From NCBI GenBank assembly GCA_039621445.1, contig CP154954.1, forward strand, positions 39,207,816-39,271,815: DNA of 64,000 nt, read 5' to 3'. The notes below the pieces were generated by a model. The model ran no database searches and was not told the origin of the DNA. It saw nothing but the letters and a program-made list of their open reading frames with translations. Both the position numbers and the translations under genes were made by a program. This DNA comes from Euglena gracilis (taxonomy: Eukaryota). Shown here in pieces: positions 37,601-51,064 of this stretch. The first letter of the stretch is position 1. The number at the start of each line of letters is the position of its first letter.

Positions 37601-40600
37601 AGGCTGTACTCGACCACCCTCTGGAAAATCGGTACACCGTTTTTCATTCCCATGAACACCACTCTCCACTGTTTTGTTGCCTTAGGTGTGCTGCAGCAGG
37701 TGTAGGGTCTGGACTCTGTTCTCAGTGGCACCTGATGGAATGCGTCTATGAGGTCCAGTACACTATACATGGCCCGTTGTCCTTGTTGAACTAGGATGTC
37801 TTCTATCCCAGGCAGGGGATGGGCATCTGTGATTGTTGCCTCGTTCAGTGCTCTGAAATCCACCACGCCTCTCCACTTTCCACCTTTTTTGGCCACCGCA
37901 AACGTGGGGCTGGACCAGTCACTCCTCCCGTCTTCCACTTTCAGGTCCCTAACCCATTCGTCCACCATGTCGATGAGTGCGTTCTCCTGTCATGTGGATG
38001 GGTCTTTGCTTTTTTGCCACTGTTCCAGGTTTCAGCTCAATCTTTCCAAATCCCAGTGGTCCGCGTTCTGGGGGGTCTGGGTAGATTTTGTCTTGCAAGA
38101 CCACTCCTTCATAGTCCTGCCGCAGGTTTTTCACCAGTTCAGCCACCTTTTCACCTTGTGTTTCATGTCCTTCTGGCAGCACCACAACACGGTGTACCCT
38201 GTCAGATTTCTTTGCCAATTTCTGAAGTTGTTTAGCCAGTGTTTCCAGTGCTGTTTCGTCTTCGAACAGTCTTTCCTCGTCCTGGCCCTCTTAAGCAGGA
38301 ATCTGAAAATTCATTGCCCGCACTGCCGAAATGTTTTTCTGAATTTGGTGTATTTTAGGTTCCCTGTGTTTTTGTTCCTTCAGCTGGTGCCAACTGGACA
38401 GCAGCCGCAGGGGTTCACCTATGAGGGCTAGTGATTGTAGGTGTGGGAAAACCCCCAGTTGGTGTTGTTCCATCCACGGATACCCGAGGATGGCAACCAC
38501 TTGGATGTCGGCATCATGGAATGTTCCAATGGTGGAACACTCCCTTGTCCTGTCCGTGTTGTGCACCCTTGATGAAAACTGCAGTTCCACTGTGACTTCG
38601 TGTAGTCCTTCTTCCATCCTTGTTCCGTCCGCTGTGATCATGGCCAGGGGTTTTTGTGAACGACTGAAGTTTTGTTGGGGAATCAGGTTCTTTTCCACCA
38701 GGTTTGCCTGTGCTCCCGTGTCAATCAGGGCCTGTAGGAACGTTTTTTTGCCGTCTGGCAAAACAGCACGGACTTCGATGAGGAGTTGTTTTGCTTTTTT
38801 TCTGCTGATGGCCTGCCCCAGCAGGAGTTTGGACACCGGTTCACACAGTCGTTTTTGAAGCCGAATGTTTTGGTCTGGATCTGTTTTGTCAGTTGAATCT
38901 GGGTTTGGCTGTTGACCTGTCGGGTTCTGGTCTGGGCTGTGAGAGCATGTTTTGTCGTGCAGTCTGGGCAGGGCTGGGCTGCTGCAGCGGTGGTTGCTGC
39001 GCGGCCTGGGCTTGGCTGGTTTGCCGTAGTTCGTGGAACCCCGCCAGGTCCTGAATCAGTTTGTCTGGGATCCTGAATTTTTTTGAAGGCTGGGATGTTG
39101 TGTTTGTTGCTGAGTTTCACCAGGTGACCACCACCGTTCGGGCCCAGGTTTTTGCAGGTTTTTCCGTCACACCGTTTTGCTGGTACCTGCAGGATGTCAG
39201 GGCTGCCCCAGATTCGTGTTGGTTTTTTGTAACCCAAGTCAGTGTATTGACAGTAATCCACGTCAACGTACGGGTACGGTTTCATGTCATCTCGTTTTCT
39301 CAGGTATCCGTACCTTGGGTTTTCCAACAACCATTTTTGCGGCTGCGGAAATTCCACAATTTCCAGGGCTTTCTTTGCAAGGCTGTCTCCTTTTTCCAGG
39401 TTTCTGGGTCTTGTCGTCAGGGCAATGCTGAATTCTGTGCAGGGAACCCCACACACCACCGTGTGAAAGTCACCAGGTTTGAAATGTTTCCTGAAGTCCC
39501 AGTCCAGTACGTCCACCTGGTAATCCGCTTTCCACCTGGGGTCTGAATCCACTGTCACCACCTCGAAACCCATTTCGTCATACACCTTGCTGACTGACTT
39601 TGTTCCACAGAACAGGTCCAGCATTTTCGGTTTCAGTTTTTCTGCTGTGGCCCGTTCTGGTGTCGCTGTGGCTGCCTCCTGCACTTTTCTGATGTGTTTC
39701 TGTTGTTTTTCAGTTGCCAAACCGGTTTTTTGTTCACCACCCTCCACCTGGTCCTCCACTGGCGGGTACTCGTTGGCTGTGCCGAACCTCACCTTGGATG
39801 TCGGGTGTAGGGGGGTGAAATGTTTGTGGAAACCTGGTAGGTACTTGCACCGTGTTTTGTGTCCGCATACCAAAAACACTTCCACGGGCCACGGTATTTC
39901 CCTGCTTTTCTTGTCACCCTGTCCGAACAGTTTTGTTTTCGCTGAAATGAACATTGACATCACTGCCAGTTTTTTGATTTCTCCGTACCACTTTCTGTGA
40001 ACCCATCTGGGTACCATGAGGAGTGCATGGGCCTCGTCTGTTTGAATTTTTCTCACCACCTGTGAAGTTTTGCTGAATGGGAAGTTCATCCACAGCAGTT
40101 TTCCGTGCCAGTCTTTCTCAAATGCGTCTGTGCCCTCAGGGCTGCCCGATGCCACCATTGCGAGAATCTTTTGTTTTTTTCCGTTGCAAAGGCATCCAGC
40201 TGGGGCTGGACTCCGAAGTGTGAGAGAATTTCCGTCATTTTATCTTCCTTCACGTGGTAGTTTTCAGACACCCACCGTGAAGCCGCTCTGCCGAACCTGC
40301 AGCTGACCTGTTCCCTTTTCGGTCCTGGGCTGTGGAGTCGTTTTTTTGTCAGGATGTTTTTCTTTTGAGGTTTTTTCTTACCTCCCTTAACCAGTGTGTA
40401 TGACCGCTGCGGCTCTGGACCTGGTTCCCTTGTTTTGTCTAGTTGTTTCGGTTGTGTCTGCAGAGAGTCGCCACCCTCGTCCCCTACCCTCAGGCAGCAG
40501 CCCCTTCACTTCCGTTCTGCATTTTGAACTGGGTGCCAGCGATTGCTGGAGGCTGCTTCTGCCTTTGGCTGTCCCCGTGGCTGGTTGGCTGGCCCCTGTG

Positions 40601-43600
40601 AATTGGTTTGTTGTGGCTGTGGTTCAGTTTTCGTTACTGCTGGCTGTGGCTGTGGCTGCCCTGTACCTTTTCCTTTCCCGCTCCCTTTCCCAGAATCGTA
40701 TCCTTTCCCAGAGTTGTATCCCTTTCCGGAATCGTAGCCCTTGCCGTAATTCTGATTCAAGTTCTGGTTCTGGTTCCAGTTTTGGGTTGAACCCCAGTTT
40801 TGACATTTCTTCTTTCCTTTGCCTTTGCCTTAGTCGTTCTGTCTCCAGTGTTACCAGTTGGTGTATCGTCCCTGGCCAGGCTGTTCTGAAACTGCCATGG
40901 GCACCTGCTGGCGTGGAGAGGGGGGTCTTGTTTTTTCAGGTGTTGTGGTTCGAGGTCCAGGGGAGTTGGGTCGGGATCTGGAAGGTGGTGTCCGACTTCT
41001 GGATTTTGTTTTTTCCTCCTCCTTGACTTCCCTAACGTTACCCCTGCGGTCCATCGACCGTGATCTGTTTTCACGAGGTTGGTTCTGCCAGCCGTTGTAC
41101 CCTTTACCTAGGGAGTCTGACTGTTGTTGGCACCTGAGTTCAGTTTCCACCCGTTCGAACAGTTCGTCCAGAGTCAGTCTGGCTTGCACCTGTGTGAAGT
41201 GTGGTTTGTGTCCAGTCAGCAGCGTTGAACCGTTTTTCATCAGGAGCAGTTCAGCAGCTCTGCTGCTGTGCAGATGGATTCTGAAGTTTTGTCCGTCTCG
41301 TGCCACCTGAAAATTCTCACCTGTACCCACAGTTGCTGCCACCAGGTCACGAACGGCTTCCGTCGTTGCATCTGGGATCGTAATGTTCGTGACCCCTTTC
41401 GGTTTCAGTGTTGGTCTGTCCTGATTTCTGCGGTCCTGTTCCCTGATGCAGCTTCTGCGTTGTGTTTCAGGCATTTTTTCAGCCACCGGGCTGTAAGCGT
41501 CTTCCTCTGATGGGTTTTCCAGCCTGCTGTAGAGGAGTTTGAAATGGGCATCAAACTCCCTCCACGCTTCCAGTGTAAGTTTTCCTTCCGTTTTTGGTCT
41601 CAGGTTTTTCAGTTCGTCTTTGATGGCTGATTGCGTGTCTCCACCGTATTTCTGCTGGCGCACCCAGTTCCAAAATTCCTGGAATTTTATTTTCTCACCG
41701 CGTTCCTGTCTGCGTTGTAGTTCCAGTTTACTGGCACTGTCCAGGCTGCTCTCCAGCAGTGACAGTTTCAGGTCATCAGTCACGGACCCCTGACTGGCTG
41801 ACACACGTTGCAGGTGCATTGGAAATTTCACGGCAAAATCTACGAAATTCCCCTGCAGTGTTGGTCTTACCAGGTTTTTTTTTTTTTTCTCGCACACTGG
41901 ACCCAGCAGCAGCCCGAAGGGTGCCGTCGGGGCCGTTGCAACCGGTGCCACCACTGTTTCCTCTCCTATGTGATGGATGGCAGTTTGGGTAGACCCCACC
42001 TGGGGTCCCACCCAGGTTGTTGTGGCTGTTTTCTGAGTTTCTGTTTCGTCTGCCCACATGAACAAGCCCCGAGTCCGGAACTGTGGGTTTTGTTGTGTCG
42101 TCACTGGCTGTTGATTCTGCTGCGTCGGCTGGGTTGGCTGTGGTGCAGGGCTTGTCGGGTTCGTCGGGAGTGCTGGGCTGGTCGGCACTGCAGTCGGTCG
42201 TTGTTCCGTTTGTCGAGTCAGTTGGGCAATTAAAGGTGTCAAGGCAGTCTTTTTTTCTTTGCTGGATGAGCTGCCCCACCATGGAAGCCGAGTTAACGGT
42301 CCCCAGTGTTGCAGCTACTCCTTCCATTTTTGGGTGTGGTGTTTCAGCACCCCAGTGCTGGCTGCTCTGGCTGAACGTACCTGTGAGGGGTTGTGGGGTC
42401 CCCGCCCCCGTTTGACAGGCCTGGGGTTCTGGGGTCCCCGTCCTTTGGCTTCCTACGGTCTGGCCCCTCAGGGCTGGCGGTGGCTGGGCCAGGGGTTGTG
42501 GGGTCCCTGCCCAGTGGGCTGGCCCCTCGAGGCTGGCGGCAGGTTCTGGGGTTGTGCGGTCCCTGATCCCCGTTGGCCCGCGGCCCTGTCTGTCCCCTGG
42601 GTGGGCTGTTCCGTTCGTTGGGCTGTCGTGGCTTCCCCTGGCTGTCCAGCCTGGGTCCTCGCGGGAGGCCCACTGGTCGGGGGGCCGGCCCCTGTCTCCG
42701 GCCCGAAGGCCCCTGTGCAGGCTTGGCGAGAAGAAATGCTGAAATTTTCAAAAAGGTTGGGTATTTCAGCCAGGCTAGGGCTGGGGTTTGTGATTTGCTG
42801 GGTGTTTTCCCTTTCCAGTTTTCCGGTCAGGTACTCAGTCGTTTTTGTCACTGTGCTGTGTTTTCTGTCCAGGGTCACCAACTGTTCTGTCCACCGTTTC
42901 TGCTGTGTTTGCAGTTCCGTGGTCAGAGCATGTAAGTGCTGCGGGATGCTGTTGTCCTGGGTTTCCCGTTCTGCCGTTTTTTTTGTCAGACCAGCCAGTT
43001 TTGCTTCCATTTGACCGACCCTGGTTGTCATTGAGCTAGTGGCAGATGTCATTTCCAGCCATTTAGCTTGTTCCGCTGTGGCATGTGTTCCCGTCTTAAT
43101 GGCACCTTTCTGCAGTCCACCCAGCAGTTTTTGAGTCGTTTGGGCTGTTTCGTCCACCTTGTGACCCAGGCTGCCGACCTCCAGGTTCAGTCGTTCAGTG
43201 CGTTGCTTGTGTTTTTCTTCGTTGGAGGTCAGGTTTTCCACCTGTCGTTTCAGTCTGCCGATTTCCTCGTTCAGCTGTGTAACCTGCTGTTGCTGATCTG
43301 GTATTTTCTGCAGTTCGACCATTTTTTTGTGCAGGTAATCACAGTTTTGAATGGTGTTGTTGTTTTTGTTTCCTGCTGATGAACCCGTCCTGCTAGATTT
43401 CCGATTTCACTGCCCATGTCCTTCTGAATTCTTTCCACCACACTGCTGATTTCGCCTCTGAGGTTTTCAACCTTTCTGAAAACTGTTGCCACAGTTTCGT
43501 CCACTTTTCTGTTCACCGCTTGGACGCCGCCTGTGATTCCTGCAACCCGTTCTTATGCCACAGCCGTTCTCTGTTGCAGTTCTGCAGTTGTTTTTTCGTT

Positions 43601-45047
43601 TTCTCGCTGTCGGTGCAGTAAACCAACCAGATGTTCACCCTGGTTCTGTGCATTTCCACCAGCCATCTGCAGAAAACTGTGAAATTCCCTGAGTTTTTCG
43701 CCCGTTGAGCCAGACATTTCCCTGATTTCCGCGATCTGCTGTGACATTCCGTTGAAATGTTCCTGGTACAGGTTGTTCTGGTTCACTGTCACCAGTTCCA
43801 TGTTCGCTTGCGTTGTTGCGAGGACTGTTGTCAGTTCTTCTTGTCTGCCGTTGATTTCTGTCAGGAGTGCTTCAGCCTGTCTGTTGACTGTTGCGTGCAG
43901 TTCGCTGACCCATTCCGTCGTTTTTTGCTGTAGCTGCTGCCGTGTTTCTGCCGTTTGCTGGTTCGTCTGTTCAGTTTTGTGTCTGAACTGTTGAAATTCC
44001 TGGGTCACCTGTCCAGTTTCGTAAGCAAAGTTCGACCACCAGTCCCAGTCAGTGTCCTGGTTCTGTGGTTCCAGCTGCGGAATCTCGTACGAGCTGTACG
44101 ATGGTTCCTGGTACGAAGTTTCAGTTTCACCCTGGAGGCGGTCAGGTTGTTCCGGGCTCTGTCGCACCGCCACCAGAGCAAAACTCTGGGTTCCTGGTTG
44201 CTGTGCTGTTGCGGTTTGCCTGCTTTGGTTGTTCTGAGTGTCCTGTTCTGGCAGTTGGAGCCTGTTTTGTGGTGCAAACACCTGTTCGTCAAAGTACGGT
44301 TCGTTGTTTTCGTCCAGTTCAGTGTAGTCTGGTGATGGACCGGTCTTTTCAGTGTCGTTCTGGTCCATGTGCACCATGGCAATGACACGTGGGCTGTCAT
44401 TGCTTGCCTGTGGCACTGTAATGTCTGTGCCGTTTTGTTCAGTTTCAGTCCACCTGTTGCTGTCCAGTGACTGGTACATGGCGGCAACGCCATCTGCCGG
44501 CTCCACCACCCTAGCGATGGCGGTTAAGGCAGCTGGCGTTTCCAGTGTTTGGTTCAGGGCTGGGAAACCATCTGCCTGCTCCACCACCCTGGCGATGGCG
44601 GTTAAGGCAGCTGGCACATCCAGTGTTTGGTTCAGAGCTGGACAGCCATCCGCCGGCTCCACCACCCTAGCGATGGCGGTTTCGGCAGCTGGCATGTCAG
44701 CGTCAGTCTTTCAGTTTCTTGTCGTTTTTCAGTTTCTTGTTCGTAGCCGCATGTTGGAGGGGAATCAAAAATGGGGCAACCTACCTCTGCTACCATGTTG
44801 TATTCGTGGTACCTGCCCTTGAGTTTCCAGTCCCTCGGGGCCGGCACCCCGTTGCGTAGGATCTTTAACCCTGCCCAGGGTGTTTTCAGTTCCCCTCGCG
44901 GATTGTTCCAGAAATTGCATTTTTCTTGTTTTGGGTGGGTTTTTTGGGTGAAAACAGGTGGGTTCCTTGGCTCACACCTTTCCTTTAAAAAAAAATCCAC
45001 AAGCAATCCAGCAAGCAAAGCCACAAATGAAGTACAAATGAATCCAC
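34653..45047 (-). mobile_element. Ty3/Gypsy chromovirus family A, mirror copy (decayed)
   Basis: gag ~45047-40506; MTases 40271-39070; PR 38836-38291; RT 38218-37260; RH 37256-36588; INT-chromo ~36050-34653. Confidence 0.93.
38725..40158 (-). CDS. Single ORF joining the Dam-like MTase and C5 MTase domains (family A, right copy)
   Basis: 477-aa ORF: DAFEKDWHGKLLWMNFPF..LMVPRW, then MLDLFCG, GVPC, LENP, KKPTRIW in one frame. Confidence 0.88.
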   Translation of the reverse strand: MVASGSPEGTDAFEKDWHGKLLWMNFPFSKTSQVVRKIQTDEAHALLMVPRWVHRKWYGEIKKLAVMSMFISAKTKLFGQGDKKSREIPWPVEVFLVCGHKTRCKYLPGFHKHFTPLHPTSKVRFGTANEYPPVEDQVEGGEQKTGLATEKQQKHIRKVQEAATATPERATAEKLKPKMLDLFCGTKSVSKVYDEMGFEVVTVDSDPRWKADYQVDVLDWDFRKHFKPGDFHTVVCGVPCTEFSIALTTRPRNLEKGDSLAKKALEIVEFPQPQKWLLENPRYGYLRKRDDMKPYPYVDVDYCQYTDLGYKKPTRIWGSPDILQVPAKRCDGKTCKNLGPNGGGHLVKLSNKHNIPAFKKIQDPRQTDSGPGGVPRTTANQPSPGRAATTAAAAQPCPDCTTKHALTAQTRTRQVNSQTQIQLTKQIQTKTFGFKNDCVNRCPNSCWGRPSAEKKQNNSSSKSVLFCQTAKKRSYRP

Positions 45048-48000
45048 AGACCAAGGTACGTAATGTCCAGGGTAAGAATGATAACTGATGCCACCAAGAT
45101 AATTCAGTTCTTGAACTTGAAACAGACAAAAACAGAGACAGAGCCCTGTGCAGGGACAGATGGAGTCAGCTTATTTGTAATTCCTAATATATAATTTTCA
45201 TAATCCTAACTGCGGAGTCATCAGGTTGGGTAGTGTTAGGTTGTGTTGTTTTGTCCACTCAGCACCCCTGACTCACACCCTGCCACAGCATGATTTTAAC
45301 CGGAAGACCCTGACTCAGCCTTCGCTTGATTTTTTGTAAGAATTAGCACCTGGCCGGTGGCTGATCGCTTGGCAGGTGCAGGCGGAACCCCCCAAACGGG
45401 TGCTACCCCTTTGAAAAAAGGGCGGGGTCTGTGATGGGCGCCTTGCGCCTGCCCCCTCCCCCACTCGACAAGGGACCTGGGGGGGACAGCCCCTTAAAAA
45501 AAAGAACAAGCACCAGGCCAGCTCCCCCCTTCGAGCAGGGAAGACGGTGGACCGGCCTGTGACCAGCACATGAGCGGTCCAGCCCCTTTTAACAAACGCA
45601 CTCCGCATCCCTTCCTAAGTGATTCGAGAAGAGTTGTAAACAACTCCTTCTAAGGGGTGTGTGAGTCAGGAGTGCTGAGTGTCCTGGCAAGTTGGCTAAC
45701 CTCAGGCGCCAACCTTAAAAGCTAACCGAGGCGCCCCAGAACTAAACAGAGAACTTGGACTAACCAGGGACCTACAGTTTCAATGACGAAACAATAAGGA
45801 TAATCCCTTCCTGACGGAATTTTAACCTCGGACCACATTTTACACAAGGCTGGCCACACTGACTTCTACAAGGCTCGGTCACTATTCTGTCCTTCCTCAA
45901 TCTGATTATACATTTGCAACGGCAAATCTGGTTCCAGTTTGAAGTCAATTCAAGTTTGTCAAGGTTCATTTGAATTCTAAGTTAATTTTCTGTTCACGTA
46001 CAGGTCTTGTGGTCTGAAGTGAATTCTGAAGCAGGAATTGTTGCTGCTGGTGTGCCTAAGAGCGCTTGTTCCCTTGCGTCAATGTCTGACCAGGACCCGC
46101 AATTTGAAGGCCTTTCGCTGCTTTTAGCAAGACCTGCCTGCTTTTTATACCCGTTCTGTGGCCAGAGACCACCCAAGGGCCCACCCCACACTAACCCCGA
46201 GAAAGGAAAAGATCTTTTCAAGTAACAGGAGATGAAACAATTTCTAACAAAGACCACCCGGGGAGTTGAGACTCAACTGGACAGGGTAATCGATCCTATG
46301 CGGTGGCAGGGAATCCACATGGACCTCGAACAAGCCGAGAAGCAAAGAAGGTTATCCCGCACAAATGTACCCAGGCAGTAAACGGTAATTCAGGTCGTTT
46401 TCTTTACAGGCTGTGAAGCTTGCCTGTGGTAATGAAGTTTGATTTGCAGCAAACGAGGTGGTGTCCGAGAATTTATGATGATGCAAAGCATTTGGGACAG
46501 AGTTTGGGATAGGATTCCATTGGTGTGAGGGTCATTCCGAGGGACCAACGAAGTGTGCAGCGGAATTCAGCTGTGGGTAAAAGGGTGCGCAGTCCTTGAG
46601 ATGGTGTCAAAGCGGCCCACGCCACGGCACGTGGTTGGCATTGGCTTGCAAAGCGTATAGCTTCAGGTCCATTTAATGCGTCAGAAAGTGTTTTCTGGCG
46701 GGAAAGCATGCTCTGATTCCACCAACGTTATGTATTGTGTGGAGACTGTGCCTGAAGATCAAGTTTTTGTCATTGGCCCATTGGGGCAGTGGTGCAATCT
46801 GGCCAAGTTCGTTGAGGGGTGTCGCAAACAATCGTTAGCGCACTTGGAAAGGATGTCCACGGCAGCGGGCAGGCCCAAGACATAGGGAGCTGTGCAACCT
46901 TCCGAACGGTGGTTGGGCGAACCGAGTCCACCGACCAGTGGAACAGCCTACTGGATTTGAGGAGCTTGGTGCAGTAAGGCTATATACAGAGGCAACAGTC
47001 TATGCACGCTTGTGAAGGGACGGAAGGTAATAGGGCAGAGCTTTTACAATAGTAACAGCCCGAGGCGAGGCCGTTGTTGCTCAGCTTCCGGATTTCTTCG
47101 GCAACGTGAGTAAGAGTGGTTGGGCAGGCAATTGGGAGGTTGCGGGTGTGTCAGTGCCGTTTACGGTCTGGGTGTTGATGACCGGTGGGCCGGTGATCCC
47201 GGTTTCCAGTGGCGTGTGGGCGGCATCTCGGCAGGTTTATGGGGGGAATGGTCAGGTGCCGCAGGTCAGCTTGTTGTCTTTCCTGCCTTGCGGCTCCTCG
47301 GGGTGCCGTTGCGGCTCCGTCGTGTTAATTTGGTAGTGTGACTGGTGTAGAGTCTTGCTTGCTTTGGCTGCTGTAGAGGTCCTCTGCCGTACTTGTGAGT
47401 CGAAGTCCACTTTAGGCAACAGTTGTTTCCACCAGCGCACCTCAGTTTGTTGTACTGACAGGCCCTATGGGCACTTGGAAAAACTTTGCATACACAGCTT
47501 TGAGAAATATCTGGGCGTTAGAGGCCGGGCGTGCTGTTCTTTTTATGCGTACGGTCGACGAGCTTCGGCAACGCCCCCAACGGCCGAGTCCTCACGCACT
47601 GCCCCCAAAACCAGTTGCCCCGCCAACTCTCTGCCCATTACCTTACTGAGTGCTTGCCAGCAATTGCCCTCAACTCCCCTTCTCTCCCACGCGTCGCCTG
47701 GCCGGCAAGGAGGTGAACGGAATTGGTAACGATTGTGAGTGCCGCGTCCCCCATCTCTCAATAGCAGTCCACTACGAAGGGGATTAATGTCCAGCCTCTC
47801 CGCTGGCACCACTCGCCATACTTCCTCACCTTATCCTCCTCTTGAGCCTTGTGCCACTTTCAGGTCTCATCCGTGCCAGGGCGCGTCGGAGATGGTGCCT
47901 AGGGGTGTCGGATGGTGACATCGATCGCCGCTGGTCCATCCGTGTCGTATCTCATGACAACATCCCGGGACGTGGACCATCGGGCGAGCTTTCCTCCCTC

Positions 48001-48631
48001 GTTGCAGCATCTTTTTCAAAAAATAGTGAGATTGTTGGAGGAGTCCATGGTTGGTGAAAAATTTTACAACAAAGTTTCGAAGGGGACAGCTGGGGATGAG
48101 AGGTTGTCCGTGTCTCATTTTTTGGACTTCTGGTTTTTCTGGACTTCTTCTTGACCGTGCCCTGTGCCCAGGGAAACGTGTGGTTTGGCCCTCGCCACAA
48201 GGAGAAACTCCTCATCAATCCCTGTGCCGCCACAGGTCGCCTGTGGTCTCTGTGAATATAAGGTTTTAAGAGCGATACGATACTGAGGGGTTTACAGAGG
48301 GGGTTTTCGGTGTCTGGGTGAGAGGTTAGTGAAAATGAGCGAGGCTCATCTTCAGTATAAAACCCCCCAAATAACAACCCCCAAATAACCCCCCCAAATA
48401 ACACCCCCCCTGTTTTCCGTTGGTTTTCCATGTAAAAATAACACACGCACCCAAATTGCACATCCCCCAGTTCGGGGGCCAAAATAAAACAGCCGGGGTA
48501 TGTTATTTAGGGGGGTTTATATAGTGACTGTGTGTGTGTTGGGTGTTTGCCTGGCGCGGCTTGTTTGTGTCTGATATGTGGTGTGTGGGAGGGGAGTTTG
48601 TGTGGCGCAGAGAGCTCTTGGCTTGGTTGTT

Positions 48632-51064
48632 TTTTGGCGGCGGATCCAGGGGGTGGCGCCAGGCGGGGCCAAAAAGACCAAGCACGGGATCTTCTGCTTT
48701 GCGGAAGATCTTAATTTCAATTAAATATGGGACTGCCTCCTTTGCAGGTGGTTCCAGGCCTGAACACTTCACCCATACCAATCTGGCAAGTTCATTGCAT
48801 TCAAATATCAAGGATAAGAGGCAAAAGGAAGAAAACGTTACCCCAAAGAGACACCCAGAAAACTGAAGTGATCAGGCTTGCCAGAATGCAACGATCAGAT
48901 TACCAAAATTCCAAGGCAAGAGGGATGAATGTCAGTTGGAGGCCCGAAGAAGAATCTCAGAAAGTGCAGGAAGTGACAGATTGGAGCTGGAGCAAATGGA
49001 GTGTCCGATTACACGAAGAAGACTGGAGATCTGCATTGACAGTGTGGAATGGCGAAGAAGAAGAAGAAGAATTCAGCAGTCCAGCTCCAAGATATGCAGA
49101 TGCAGCAGAAGAAGCGGAAGAACCATTGCAGCCATTCAGGAGGAAGAATGTGGTGATGGAGACCAGATCTGGAGAAGAAGGATCGGCGTCAAGGCCAGCT
49201 GCAGATGAGGAGAACTACGAGGTAGATGAGCCAGAGACCCAGCCAAGACCAAGAGGAGGAGGCAAAAGGATCAAGAGGCAGTACATCTCGGAGGAGTAAG
49301 CCTTTCGCTGGGAATTCGTCGACCTGATCCTGGACAAGTTCCACATTCAGCGAGAAGGTGTGCAGGAAGCATTTGCATCACGGGAAAATGCAAGATTGCA
49401 GAAATTCTGGACGAAGGAGGACAATGCATTTGCGAAGACATGGACATGGGAAAGGATCTGGGCCAATCCCCCATGGACATTGATGAACCAAGTCATCCTC
49501 AAGATCATCGCGGACCAAGTGCAGGAGATGGTGCTGATTGCACCGGAGTGGCGTACGACTACATGGTGGCCAGTGCTGCAGAAGATGACAGTGAAGTTCA
49601 TCATCTTCGAGGAAGGAATCCGGTTCTTCGAGATCTGGGACCAGCAAGCGGGCCAGATGCAGCCGACTGGGCCATTGCGTTGGCCAGTCCGGGCGTGTTT
49701 GGTCCGATACCGAAGATTCCAGGAGGAGACCCTGAAGGACATGCCCCCAGCAAGCAGATGAAGGAGCAACGTCCCGAGCCCGCAGGAGAAACGAAGATGA
49801 AGGTGGACTCTCCGAGGCCCGCAGGAGGAGATACCGTCGGCAGCGGTGCCAGTGGTTCGCGGAGACGTGGGAATGAGGCGGTGTGGACCGAGTGTTGCCT
49901 GCCCTCCCCTCCCAGTCTGATCCCCCTCCTCTGTGAAGCCAGTGTCCAAGATCCCCGATCAGAAATTGAAGGATTCAGAATGTCTTTCAATGGTGCACGA
50001 AATGGCCTGCGTCAGCACAGAAAGAATGTCTGAAAATTCCAGGTGTTGGAGGTCGATTGTCGTCGGATGCTCTGGGCGGACCCACGGCCCGTCACCCCTG
50101 GGGGGCGGTTGCTCAGGGCGGTTTGGCTGCCCGTCGCCGAAGATGAGTCGTTGGGTTGGTTGGAGTGTGGCGGTGTGGATTTGAGGGTTGCCTGCCCCCC
50201 ATTTTCAATTCAGTGGAATTGGATCAAATATGCAGAATGGATGACAAGTGAGGTGGTGTGGACTTTGCGTTGACTGCCCCATGTCTTCGATTCGATGCGG
50301 TTTGGAGGCAGATTTGGATGAATAACAGGTGTGTGTGTGGCAGTGTGAACATCATGTTACCTGCCCCCTCCTGGATGATGGAATTGTGGCCCTGGGATCT
50401 TGATTCGGGAGTGGCGGTGTGAACTTCCAATGTTACCTGCCCCCCCATTCATCATTCGCTACCTGGACATTGTTGGATGTGCGGACCCTGGACCACGAGC
50501 TTACCCCCAGACTCAGTATTCGCTCTATGTTACTTCCCAAAAAAAACACCGCCAAGCCACCACCCCCCCACACCACCCACCACAACCACCCCCCAAGGTC
50601 GAAGACCTCGGGGCCCAAAAACCCAAGGCCTCGGGCCCACGGGGGCCGAGCTCCCCCCACACCCCCCCCCCCCCGAGGCGAAGACCTCGGGGCCCAAAAA
50701 ACCCAAGGCCTCGGGTCCACATGGGCCGAGGCCCCCCCCGAAGCGGAAGGCTTCGGGGGCCAAGGGGCCCGAACACTTCCCTGGGGCCGCCTCGTATTGG
50801 CGGAGGCGGTACGCAAGCGGTCCGGGAGGGAAGTGTTGGGGGCGGCCCCAGGGGGTGGCGCCAGGCGGGGCCAAAAAGACTTAGCGCGGCATCTTCTGCT
50901 TTGCGAAGATCCTAATTTCAATTAAAAATGGGACTGCCTCCTTTGCAGGTGGTTCCAAGCCTGAACACTTCATCCATACCAATCTGGCAAGTTCATTGCA
51001 TTCAAATATCAAGGATAAGAGGGAAGAGGAAGAAAAAGTTACCCCAAAGAGACACCCAGAAAAC
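48632..51064 (+). mobile_element. Mirror copy of the mini LTR element; Dam-like domain at 49300-49761
   Basis: PPT GGGAGGGAAG 50824-50833, TG at 50834, LTR end 51064 followed by TTGTA; WANPPW retained; first bases of the 5' LTR and TSD are mutated. Confidence 0.82.
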